A stretch of DNA of 52,154 nt from Candidatus Micrarchaeota archaeon (GTDB lineage: Archaea > Micrarchaeota > Micrarchaeia > Micrarchaeales > CABMGC01): positions 1 to 52,154 of the forward strand of contig DAHUYR010000036.1 in NCBI GenBank assembly GCA_027315135.1, written 5' to 3'. Under the pieces are notes generated by a model, which did no database searches, was not told the origin of the DNA, and saw only the letters and a list, made by a program, of their open reading frames with translations. This document shows positions 17,908 to 26,702 of this stretch, in pieces. Made by a program: the position numbers and the translations under genes. Numbering within the stretch: position 1 is the first letter of the stretch; every line of letters starts with the position of its first letter.

Positions 17908-20900
17908 ATGCACGTTTACGATTCTAACAATATTGGGACATTGACAGTTTATGTGGCCGTCGCCATAATTGCAATAACAGTTCTTCCTGCTTTTACAAAT
18001 GCCTCTATTACCAGCGTGACCCTCTCTCCTGCAAAAGTGACAATAAATTCAGGTTCTCCAGTAACCTTTACGGTTTCATGGTCAGGCGGAACATCTCCAT
18101 ATGATGTATCGCTTTTCTCCTCCTTAACTCCATCATGCAACGCGTATTCTACGTTTGTGCAGCAGGAAACTGCCGTATCTGCAAACTCGGCTGACTTCTC
18201 TTCTGTAACCCCATCAGCAAATACCTACTACTGCGCCTATGTGACGGACAATTCTCCCGAGATTTATTCGATAAGCAACATCATAAGTAGCAACTCCATA
18301 ACTCAGGGGTTCTACTATCCTGTATCTACTTCCTTCGCTCCGTCCGGCAAATACGCATATGTAACAAACCCCACCGGCGAGGACATAGTGATAATCAACA
18401 CTACAACAAATTCGATAATCAGCGCAATATTAAAAGACACAGATCCGCAGGAGGTAGCCATCTCGCCCAACGGCGCATATGCCTATGTGACAAATCTTAA
18501 CGATAACAACGTATCTGTGATAAATACTACTACAAATACAGTATCAGAACTTCTGAATTCAGGATTCAGTTCTCCGACAGGAGTAGCCTTCTCCCCTTCA
18601 GGAACATATGCCTATGTGGCAAATCTTGGAAGCAACAATGTGGTGGTGATTAACACTGCGACAGGCACAATAACAAGTTCAATAACCTCCGGTCTGAGCG
18701 GTCCCGAAGGGATATCATTCTCCCATTCAGGAACATTTGCGTACATCACAAATTCCGCTTCCAACAACGTAGTGATAGTCAATACTAATTCAAACACAAT
18801 CACTGGTTCGATAATCTCAGGCTTCAGCCAGCCCGAGTCCGTGGCGATAGCTCCGGTAGGAACCTATGCCTACGTGTCAAATCCTTATGCGCACAACGTA
18901 GTGATAATCAACACAGCAACCAATTCGGTGCTAGGCGCAGAGGCACTGAACAGCTACGATCCGATGGGCATGGCATTCTCCTCTTCAGGCACGTACATGT
19001 ACATACTGAACTACTCATTATATTCAGGAAAGGTACTGGTCGTAAACCCCGGAGAAGAAGTGGCAAACAGCACCAGTAGCAATATAATAATCAATACTCC
19101 ATTACAGGTCCCTATAATAACTCCATCTAATCCAACAATAGACTTCGGGCAGGCAATAACGCTTACGGCTTCGTTAGTAGGCGGAAACGTCCCATATAAC
19201 GCAATCTGGTATACCGGACCATCAGGAAACACCTGCGCTCAGGACAGCTCAAATACTCTAGCAGCATACTATGGGTTGTCTACAGCATCAAATAGCCTAC
19301 AGGTAAGTCCTGCAACTTCAAACAGCTACTGCATTATAGTGACTGATTCTTCAAACACGCCGGTCACCCAACTGTCTCAAAACGATGTGGTGCTCGTAAG
19401 CTCTGCATTAAACCTCCCTTCCATTACAGCAAGCAACACACCCTCAGTAAATACTACACAATATGAATTATTCTCAACCTCGTGGTCCGGAGGAACATCT
19501 GCGTACACTGCAAATTACCTTGTATTCAATACGATAACGCATACAGTAATGGCAAATGCTCTTTATACAGGAATAACTGTGACAAGCAACGCCTTCCTGT
19601 GGAAAGTGCCACCTGTAGCTTATGGGAACACGATATCGGCAAATGTATTGATAACCGATTCTGCATATTTTTCTGAAAAAGCAAACAGTGTGAATGTTAC
19701 TACAATAACCGTAAGTGGTACTCCACCAACTTCTACCACAACATCTACGACTTCCACCTCTTCCACATCATCAACAACGTCTACAACAACCACTGTATCA
19801 AGCGGCGGAGGAAGCAGTGGTGGAGGCGGAGGCAGTGGTGGAGGAGGTTCATTCAAGCCTTCAGTAGTGCCGTACAACACCTCCAGCGTGCATGGCTGGA
19901 AGATACTAAACTTCTCGCAAGACAACACAGAGAATGTTGAGATAAATGGCAAGATGTTCGACATAACACTGAACTCGATATCCCCAACGTTGGTAGACAT
20001 ATCTGTGAATGGATATTCGTACACGCTCAACGTTAATCAGCCGGTATCACTTACAGGCTCGAGCAACTACCTGCTTAACCTCAATTCGATATCGTACCTG
20101 CCGATAGTCGATACTGCTGCGGTGTACATATATACTAACGAATCCATCCCGACGCATATAACACCAGTCAGCGTTACTACAAACGAATCAAATCCAACAA
20201 TCGGAATAAACGTGACATACTTGAAGCCTGAAGTATTCAATCTTGCTGCGGATAACGTAATCATTGGCATAAGATATCTAAATTCAAAATCTCCCAATAC
20301 AATAAAAGGCAAATTATCTGTACTGAACGTGACTGCAAACATGTCTCTGCCAGCAAACTACGTCAAGATAAGGCTGCTGAACATAACCGAAAACACCACT
20401 CCTGTAAACCAGAGCCTATCACTGAACCTATCCATAAGATACAATTGCAGCATACCATCATCAAGGCAGTCGGCGTTCATATATGAAAACGGAGTATGGG
20501 TCAAGATAACTACTCTTTCAATAAATTCTGCTACCTGTACCACAGAATTCAACATATCTGCTGATCCAATCGTCGGACTATTCGAAGCAAAAGTAATAAG
20601 CAACACAACCTCAAGCACAATACCTGCCACGTCAGTTCCAGTAACAACTGTCAATAATCATGCAAACAGCACCAAGACAGCTGGAGCTTCACATTATTCA
20701 GGGGGCATAACTGCAGTAGTTGTCGCAAGTATAATAGCAGTAGTAGCAATTGTATTTTATGAATATCGGCGCATAAAAAGAGGCAAAATCCCGCCTACGG
20801 TGCTGCCAGGAAGCACCGCTACGGCAGATTCTAAAATAAACAGTACGCCCTCTTCTACAGACGCTTCTTCCGGTCTTGGAGATACAAACAGGACAGAAGA

Positions 20901-22392
20901 TTCAAGAGATGAACCGGGATACAAACGCATAATAGGGACAGATCTTTACTTTATTACTGCAATTATAATTCTATTTGCAGCAGCGACAATAATCAGCATA
21001 TCTAACAGCCATATAAATATGCTTGGACAAGTTACTCCTCCTGTTAAACTGACAGAAGTTAACATCCTAACGGGCATATATTCATTTCCTTCAGCCCCAA
21101 CAAACCTTATTCTTGTAAACCAAGGCTGGAACAATAGCAACGGTTTTTACCTTTTTCAAGGCAACTATGTCCAAAACGTATATTCTCTTACAAATTACCA
21201 AACAATACAATGGTCTGCAGCAACAAATGGCACTTATCCAATAGCGTACTATGAAATATACAGGAACGGAGTGGCATACGCTACGGTAAATGCTCCTACC
21301 AAATTCCAAGGATATATCAACGGCGATATATTAACTGTAACAAACATAATCTCAGGGACAATAGTCGAAGGAGCCGACTACAATGCAACTGGAGTTGCAG
21401 CACAGACGATAATCAACATTACAAATAATGGTCATCAAATTAACGGCACGCCTGGAGGTATTGGTAGCTATTATGTGAATATTCCTCAGACAGCAGGCAG
21501 CGCGAATTCTCCAGTAACTTTCACAGCATGGCAATTCATAGACAGCAATGCCACAAATAGCGACAACAAATTTTTCAATTCAACCATAACGGCATACTCT
21601 TATGCAGTAGCTGCTGTCGACTCGCATAACCAGTCAGGTCCTATGGACACTAATTACACTTCATACGGATACTACAACGGCTATTCGGATTGGGGGTATG
21701 CTAACTACAATTACGGAGGAGGCACTTTCAACTTTTTCAGCACGGCTGGAGATCCGCCTGCAGTAAATGCACCTTACGTTATCCAGGCAAACACTATCGG
21801 CCATGGAGGCGGACTGCTAATAGTGGCAAACCCTCCCAGATCTCCAGACCTTACCTTTGGTATTGGGGCATTCAAATATGCGATAATAGAAGTTAATCCT
21901 GGTCCGTCCATAAATTATACTCTAGGAGTAGACCAATTCGTCCGCCTCCCTCCAGGAGACTTATACGGGTGGATGACATATAATGATTCAAATGCATTCA
22001 TATATGGTCCTATAGGTTATCCTAAGGTAAACACCTGGGAGACTCTCAAAATACCCCTTACAACTCTCGGTATCGGACAGTGCACATTCACAGGTTCAAT
22101 ATCTGGAAATGTTCTAACAGTGACTTCAATAGATTCAGGGCCAGCAATAGTCGAAGAAGGCGGCTTTATCTACGGTCCAGGGATACCTGCAGGCGCATAC
22201 ACGATAGGCAACAATCAGAGCAATGCCATCGGTACGTTCACTATTGCAGGGCCTGGGATAAATGCTTCTACGCATGTGCCTAGCGAAATCATGAGCTATC
22301 AGAAAACTGCTTTCTACAAGACAGGAATATGGGATAGCGGTCTTGGAGGACATATTTACTACGTAAGTAAAATAGGCTGGACTACTAATTAG
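17908..22392 (+). CDS. giant surface protein C: paralog of A/B (signal, PKD-like, 6x YVTN, PKD-like modules, S/T+Gly linker, beta-rich module, TM+basic stop-transfer) fused to a second TM helix and a ~460-aa unrecognised C-terminal domain
   Basis: Single uninterrupted ORF of 1494 aa. TM1 is ITAVVVASIIAVVAIVFY followed by RRIKRGK (20707-20790). TM2 is LYFITAIIILFAAATIISIS (20944-21003). The extension runs to 22392. Confidence 0.85.
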   Translation: MHVYDSNNIGTLTVYVAVAIIAITVLPAFTNASITSVTLSPAKVTINSGSPVTFTVSWSGGTSPYDVSLFSSLTPSCNAYSTFVQQETAVSANSADFSSVTPSANTYYCAYVTDNSPEIYSISNIISSNSITQGFYYPVSTSFAPSGKYAYVTNPTGEDIVIINTTTNSIISAILKDTDPQEVAISPNGAYAYVTNLNDNNVSVINTTTNTVSELLNSGFSSPTGVAFSPSGTYAYVANLGSNNVVVINTATGTITSSITSGLSGPEGISFSHSGTFAYITNSASNNVVIVNTNSNTITGSIISGFSQPESVAIAPVGTYAYVSNPYAHNVVIINTATNSVLGAEALNSYDPMGMAFSSSGTYMYILNYSLYSGKVLVVNPGEEVANSTSSNIIINTPLQVPIITPSNPTIDFGQAITLTASLVGGNVPYNAIWYTGPSGNTCAQDSSNTLAAYYGLSTASNSLQVSPATSNSYCIIVTDSSNTPVTQLSQNDVVLVSSALNLPSITASNTPSVNTTQYELFSTSWSGGTSAYTANYLVFNTITHTVMANALYTGITVTSNAFLWKVPPVAYGNTISANVLITDSAYFSEKANSVNVTTITVSGTPPTSTTTSTTSTSSTSSTTSTTTTVSSGGGSSGGGGGSGGGGSFKPSVVPYNTSSVHGWKILNFSQDNTENVEINGKMFDITLNSISPTLVDISVNGYSYTLNVNQPVSLTGSSNYLLNLNSISYLPIVDTAAVYIYTNESIPTHITPVSVTTNESNPTIGINVTYLKPEVFNLAADNVIIGIRYLNSKSPNTIKGKLSVLNVTANMSLPANYVKIRLLNITENTTPVNQSLSLNLSIRYNCSIPSSRQSAFIYENGVWVKITTLSINSATCTTEFNISADPIVGLFEAKVISNTTSSTIPATSVPVTTVNNHANSTKTAGASHYSGGITAVVVASIIAVVAIVFYEYRRIKRGKIPPTVLPGSTATADSKINSTPSSTDASSGLGDTNRTEDSRDEPGYKRIIGTDLYFITAIIILFAAATIISISNSHINMLGQVTPPVKLTEVNILTGIYSFPSAPTNLILVNQGWNNSNGFYLFQGNYVQNVYSLTNYQTIQWSAATNGTYPIAYYEIYRNGVAYATVNAPTKFQGYINGDILTVTNIISGTIVEGADYNATGVAAQTIINITNNGHQINGTPGGIGSYYVNIPQTAGSANSPVTFTAWQFIDSNATNSDNKFFNSTITAYSYAVAAVDSHNQSGPMDTNYTSYGYYNGYSDWGYANYNYGGGTFNFFSTAGDPPAVNAPYVIQANTIGHGGGLLIVANPPRSPDLTFGIGAFKYAIIEVNPGPSINYTLGVDQFVRLPPGDLYGWMTYNDSNAFIYGPIGYPKVNTWETLKIPLTTLGIGQCTFTGSISGNVLTVTSIDSGPAIVEEGGFIYGPGIPAGAYTIGNNQSNAIGTFTIAGPGINASTHVPSEIMSYQKTAFYKTGIWDSGLGGHIYYVSKIGWTTN
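18290..19053 (+). repeat. coding YVTN repeat array (6 units), protein C
   Basis: The six units are SFAPSGKYAYVTN, ISPNGAYAYVTN, FSPSGTYAYVAN, FSHSGTFAYITN, IAPVGTYAYVSN and FSSSGTYMYILN. Confidence 0.8.
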
Positions 22393-22510
22393 TCTAGTAA
22401 AAACTCTGCTTAAGTTAGCCTCAGTGCTTGTACCTATTCAGGCACGTAATCAAAAGGTATTTAAGGGTAAACCCCTAAATACGATTGCTATTTTATACTA
22501 AAATTGCTAA

Positions 22511-22518
22511 TTATATAT
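22511..22518 (+). promoter_or_regulatory. TATA-box-like element (ttatatat) upstream of psmA
   Basis: It lies 26-33 nt upstream of the ATG at 22544, consistent with a leaderless transcript. Confidence 0.3.
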
Positions 22519-22543
22519 GCAAAGTGTATATGTGGTGTAATCT

Positions 22544-23242
22544 ATGTACCCAAACGTGCAAGCTTATGATAGAGGAGTGATGTTCAATCCAGACGGAAGG
22601 CTCTTTCAGGTAGAGTATGCGAAGGAAGCAGTAAGAAAGGGCGCAACCTCTATAGGGATAGTAGGAAAGGACAACGTAGTACTTGTGGCGCACAAGAACA
22701 TAAACGACCCTCTGGCAGTGCCGAGCACTATACAGAAGGTATTCAGGATAGACTCACGCATATGCGCAACATATTCTGGAATGGTATCAGACGGACTGCA
22801 CATAATAGACACTGCAAGATCAAGCACCCAGAACCACAGAATGCTTTTCGACGAGATAAAGTCTATAGAATCACTTTCAAAGAACATCTCTTCATATATG
22901 ATGCAGGCTACGCAATACGGAGGAATGCGCCCATATGCAGTCTCGCTCCTTCTAGGCGGAATTGACGATCACGGACCTAGGCTCTTCGAGATAGAGCCAG
23001 GAGCATCATTCCTTGGATACAAGGCAGATGCTATAGGTTCAGGAAAGAAAGTGGCAATGGATCTACTCATCAAGGAATATGAGGATGACATGTCGCTTGA
23101 CAAGGCACTGGCTCTCGGAGTCAAGGTAATAAAGAAAGTGAGCGAAGGAAAACTCACAGAAGACAATCTTGACATAGGCTATGTGAACGAAAAGGATGGC
23201 TTCTCACTGCTTTCCAAGGAGAAGACTAAAGAATACATATGA
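22544..23242 (+). CDS. psmA: proteasome subunit alpha
   Basis: The N-terminus AYDRGVMFNPDGRLFQVEYAKEAVRKGATSIGI is the canonical alpha-subunit signature. 232 aa. Confidence 0.95.
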   Translation: MYPNVQAYDRGVMFNPDGRLFQVEYAKEAVRKGATSIGIVGKDNVVLVAHKNINDPLAVPSTIQKVFRIDSRICATYSGMVSDGLHIIDTARSSTQNHRMLFDEIKSIESLSKNISSYMMQATQYGGMRPYAVSLLLGGIDDHGPRLFEIEPGASFLGYKADAIGSGKKVAMDLLIKEYEDDMSLDKALALGVKVIKKVSEGKLTEDNLDIGYVNEKDGFSLLSKEKTKEYI

Positions 23243-23252
23243 CAGTGACAGC

Positions 23253-23936
23253 ATGTCCAAAACAGTAATAGCAAAATACTCTCATTCAGGAGAAGACTTC
23301 GAAATATTTGTTGATTCGGACAAGGCTTACGATTTCATAACCGGCAAGCTCAACGATCCGATGAAGGTACTGGAAGCAGAAGAGGTATTTTCTGATGCAA
23401 ACAAAGGAGAGCGCCAAAGCCAGGACAAGATAAAGAAGATATTTAATACGACTGACATCTCAAAAGTAGCAGAGTTCATACTCAAGCACGGAAATGTGCC
23501 GGTAACCACGGAACAGAAAAGCAAACTCATGGAAGATAAGAAGAGGCAGATAATAAACATAATAGCGCGTAATTCGATAGATCCAAGGACCAAGGCCCCA
23601 CATCCGCCGCAGAGAATCGAGAACGCGATGCATGAAGCAAGGATTACTATAGATCCTTTCAAAGGCGCCAATGAGCAGGTAGACGACATCGTCAAGAAGC
23701 TCAGCCTGAAGCTGCCTATAAAGTTCGCGACAATGAAGATCGAGGTATGCATACCTGCTGAATATACAAACAGATGCTATGGAACGCTCAAGCAGTACGG
23801 ATTGAAATCAGAGGAATGGCAGCCTAACGGCTCGCTCAAGTGCGTACTGGAATTCCCTGCAGGCTTGCAAGGTGAATTCTTCGAGAAGATAAACAACGCA
23901 ACAAAAGGAAATGTTACAACAAGAAATCTAGAATAA
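23253..23936 (+). CDS. sdo1: ribosome maturation protein SBDS/SDO1 homolog
   Basis: ATG 23253 (MSKTVIAKYSHSGEDFEIFVDSDKAYDF...) matches the SBDS N-terminal domain. It occupies the conserved position between psmA and rrp4. Confidence 0.85.
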   Translation: MSKTVIAKYSHSGEDFEIFVDSDKAYDFITGKLNDPMKVLEAEEVFSDANKGERQSQDKIKKIFNTTDISKVAEFILKHGNVPVTTEQKSKLMEDKKRQIINIIARNSIDPRTKAPHPPQRIENAMHEARITIDPFKGANEQVDDIVKKLSLKLPIKFATMKIEVCIPAEYTNRCYGTLKQYGLKSEEWQPNGSLKCVLEFPAGLQGEFFEKINNATKGNVTTRNLE

Positions 23937-23945
23937 AGTGAAAAT

Positions 23946-24545
23946 ATGCAAAGAATAGTAATACCGGGAGAAAAGATCAGCGACACCGCGGTAAGAATGC
24001 ACAATACGCTGATACACAATGGAAAGACCTACTCTATGATAGTGGGACTTTACAACGATGAAAAGAGCATGCTTATACCTTTAGAGGGATTGTGGCACCC
24101 TGCATACGGCGATACTGTAGTGGGAGTGATAGAGGAAGACAGACTGAACACCTACAATGTAACTCTAAATTCACCATACAAAGGCCTTCTGATATCCAAA
24201 TTCGTACAGGAGCAGCTGAACAAGGGTGATCTTGTAGAGGCATCTGTAAAGGAGCTTGACAAGACGCAGACCGTTGTACTGATGCGCCCAAGGAAACTGT
24301 CAGGAGGAAAGGTATTTTCCATAACGCCTTCAAAGGTTCCAAGAGTGCTTGGAAAGGGCAACAACATGCTAAGGGAACTCTCCGCAAGCACTAAATCCAC
24401 AATAATAGTAGGGCACAACGGAGTCATCTGGCTGAAGGGTGGGAACACGCAGCTTGCAATGGATGCGATACTAAGGATTCAGGAAGAGGCGCACACGACG
24501 GGCCTCACGGACAGAATAAAAGAAATGTTATCAAAAGGTAGTTGA
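23946..24545 (+). CDS. rrp4: exosome complex RNA-binding subunit Rrp4 (S1 + KH), short form
   Basis: S1-like segment GDTVVGVIEEDRLNTYNVTLNSPYKGLL and KH-like segment VPRVLGKGNNMLRELSASTKSTIIVGHNGVIWL. It sits upstream of rrp41/rrp42. Confidence 0.85.
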   Translation: MQRIVIPGEKISDTAVRMHNTLIHNGKTYSMIVGLYNDEKSMLIPLEGLWHPAYGDTVVGVIEEDRLNTYNVTLNSPYKGLLISKFVQEQLNKGDLVEASVKELDKTQTVVLMRPRKLSGGKVFSITPSKVPRVLGKGNNMLRELSASTKSTIIVGHNGVIWLKGGNTQLAMDAILRIQEEAHTTGLTDRIKEMLSKGS

Positions 24546-24546
24546 A

Positions 24547-25290
24547 ATGTCAGGATCAGGAGAAAAACCAGAATTAATGATAAATGGAAAGAGACTAGAC
24601 GGCAGAGGAGCCAAGGACCTCCGCAGTCTGAAAATTGAGTCTAACGTAGTGAAGAACGCTGCAGGATCGGCATATGTGGAATGGGGCAACAACAAGATTA
24701 TAGCAGCTGTACACGGACCGAAGGAGGCGCTGCCTAAGCACACCTCAGATCCGGAAAGGGCCGTGATAAAATGCAGGTACATGATGGCTCCGTTCTCATC
24801 ATTGGAAGGCCACGGGAGGACAGGTCCAAACAGACGTTCTACAGAGATATCAAAAGTTACAAAGGAGGTATTCGAGAATGTAGTGATGCTTGAGATGTTC
24901 CCAGGAACACAAATCGACATATATGTCGAGGTGTTGCAGGGTGACGGAGGCACGCGCGCAGCAGGGATAACTGCTGCTGCAGTTGCGATGGCTCTGTCTG
25001 GCATACCTATGACCGATGTCCCTTATGCAGTATCTGCAGGCAAGATAGGAGAGACTGTGGTGCTTGACCTTGATATGATTGAGGACAATTATTCGGATGC
25101 AGACATGCCTGTCGCAGTAAAGCCTCTTACAAATGAGGTGCTGCTGCTGCAGATGGACGGCTCATTTACAAAGGAGCAGTTCAAGGAAGCAATGGACATG
25201 GTAATTGAATCTGGAAAGCAGATACGCCAGATTCAGGAAGAAGCGATAAAGAAGCCATACCAGGATATAATAGGAAGATACGAGAAATGA
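24547..25290 (+). CDS. rrp41: exosome complex exonuclease Rrp41 (RNase PH domain)
   Basis: GKRLDGRGAKDLRSLKIE...AGSAYVEWGNNKIIAAVHGPKE and the DGGTRAAGITAAAVAL-like motif. Confidence 0.93.
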   Translation: MSGSGEKPELMINGKRLDGRGAKDLRSLKIESNVVKNAAGSAYVEWGNNKIIAAVHGPKEALPKHTSDPERAVIKCRYMMAPFSSLEGHGRTGPNRRSTEISKVTKEVFENVVMLEMFPGTQIDIYVEVLQGDGGTRAAGITAAAVAMALSGIPMTDVPYAVSAGKIGETVVLDLDMIEDNYSDADMPVAVKPLTNEVLLLQMDGSFTKEQFKEAMDMVIESGKQIRQIQEEAIKKPYQDIIGRYEK

Positions 25291-25294
25291 TTTT

Positions 25295-26080
25295 ATGCGC
25301 ATACCATCAGCAACAAAGGAGTTCATATCGGACTTGATAGCGAACAACAAGCGCGAATTCGGAAGAGCGCTTGATGAGTACAGAGAAATGGAAATCACAA
25401 AGAATGTGATACCGCACGCAGAGGGATCTGCGCAAGTGGTCCTTGGAAACACCAAGGTACTGTGCGGAGTTAAGATAACGGTAGGAGAACCGATGCACGA
25501 CAAGCCTAACGAAGGCAATCTGATAACATCTGCAGAGCTGCTGCCGATGGCATCAGAGGATTATGAAACAGGTCCTCCTTCCCCAGAAGCCGTAGAAATA
25601 GCAAGGGTCATAGACCGCGGAATAAGGGCAGCAGGCATAATAGACACTGCTGCACTCTTCATAGAAGAGGGAAAGGTCTGGGACGTTTTCGTAGATATAT
25701 ATGTTATAAACTATGACGGAAATCTATTCGATGCAGGTACGATTGCAGCCACAGTAGCCCTGTTAAGCGCAAGGATGCCGAAGCTTGAAGGAGAGAAGGT
25801 AATAAGCGAAGGAATAAAAGACAAGCTAAAGACAAATGGTATAATAACTTCATGCACCTTTGCAAAGGTTGCTAACAAGGTATTCATAGATCCGGACGGG
25901 AATGAGGAGATGTTCATGGACGCAAGAGTCACAATAGCAAATGACGGAAAGGAGATACGCGCCATGCAGAAAGGGCTTAGAGGAGGTTTCACTCTCCAGG
26001 AGCTCACCGCAGCGGTCGCAATGTCGTTTGAGAAGCACAATGAGCTGAAATCATTGATGGAAAAAACATTAGGTGAATGA
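25295..26080 (+). CDS. rrp42: exosome complex subunit Rrp42 (RNase PH-like, inactive)
   Basis: NKREFGRALDEYREMEI...AEGSAQVVLGNTKVLCGVK. 261 aa, following rrp41. Confidence 0.9.
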   Translation: MRIPSATKEFISDLIANNKREFGRALDEYREMEITKNVIPHAEGSAQVVLGNTKVLCGVKITVGEPMHDKPNEGNLITSAELLPMASEDYETGPPSPEAVEIARVIDRGIRAAGIIDTAALFIEEGKVWDVFVDIYVINYDGNLFDAGTIAATVALLSARMPKLEGEKVISEGIKDKLKTNGIITSCTFAKVANKVFIDPDGNEEMFMDARVTIANDGKEIRAMQKGLRGGFTLQELTAAVAMSFEKHNELKSLMEKTLGE

Positions 26081-26081
26081 T

Positions 26082-26333
26082 ATGTCAAACAGCAGCATAA
26101 GATACGGAGTAGTATTGAGAAAGAGAAAGGCATCTGTCCAGGCAGACAAAAGCGCTAGATACATGTGCGAGGTCTGCGGAAGGACGGCTGTAAAGAGGCA
26201 GGGAAACGCAATATGGAAGTGCAGGCACTGCAACGCAGTGTTTGCAGGAGGAGCATACACTCTGAAGACTCCATCAGGGGAGAATGCCATACACATATTG
26301 CAGAGGATAAAATCTGGTGCGACAAATGGTTGA
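26082..26333 (+). CDS. rpl37ae: 50S ribosomal protein L37Ae (eL43)
   Basis: Zinc ribbon YMCEVCGRTAVKRQGNAIWKCRHCNAVFAGGAY. ATG 26082 is preceded by aggtga; the track ORF begins at GTG 26073. Confidence 0.93.
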   Translation: MSNSSIRYGVVLRKRKASVQADKSARYMCEVCGRTAVKRQGNAIWKCRHCNAVFAGGAYTLKTPSGENAIHILQRIKSGATNG

Positions 26334-26697
26334 AATAACCTATTCACCTTTGCAGTCTCTTATCGTCCACGATATACTAGAGGTAGATCAGGACAGCATA
26401 ATGCGCGGAAGAGTGACGCCTGCAGGCACAATGCCACTTTACTGGTGCGACGGCTTCCTCTACAGCTTCTCATCGCTTCCAATGACTGACGAGGTTGTCA
26501 AGGACTACTTGAAAGGAAGAATACACTGGGCCGAAGTGCAGTTTGCAAGGCTCGACAGATACGAACCAGTACTCTCCCTCAATGAGGAGGAGTATAAGGC
26601 GGAGCTTAAGATAAGGGTCATGGACACCGGAATATCTGAGCTACACAGGGAATTTGTGAAATGGCTGAAGACCATGACAAAGAAACGTTCAAAGTGA
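26326..26697 (+). CDS. hypothetical protein (123 aa) embedded in the exosome superoperon
   Basis: ATG 26326 is preceded by ggtg and overlaps the L37Ae stop by 8 nt. Sequence MVEITYSPLQSLIVHDILEVD...HWAEVQFARLDRYEPVLSLNEEEYKAELKIRVMD. No family recognised. Confidence 0.6.
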   Translation: MVEITYSPLQSLIVHDILEVDQDSIMRGRVTPAGTMPLYWCDGFLYSFSSLPMTDEVVKDYLKGRIHWAEVQFARLDRYEPVLSLNEEEYKAELKIRVMDTGISELHREFVKWLKTMTKKRSK

Positions 26698-26702
26698 TAA
26701 TT

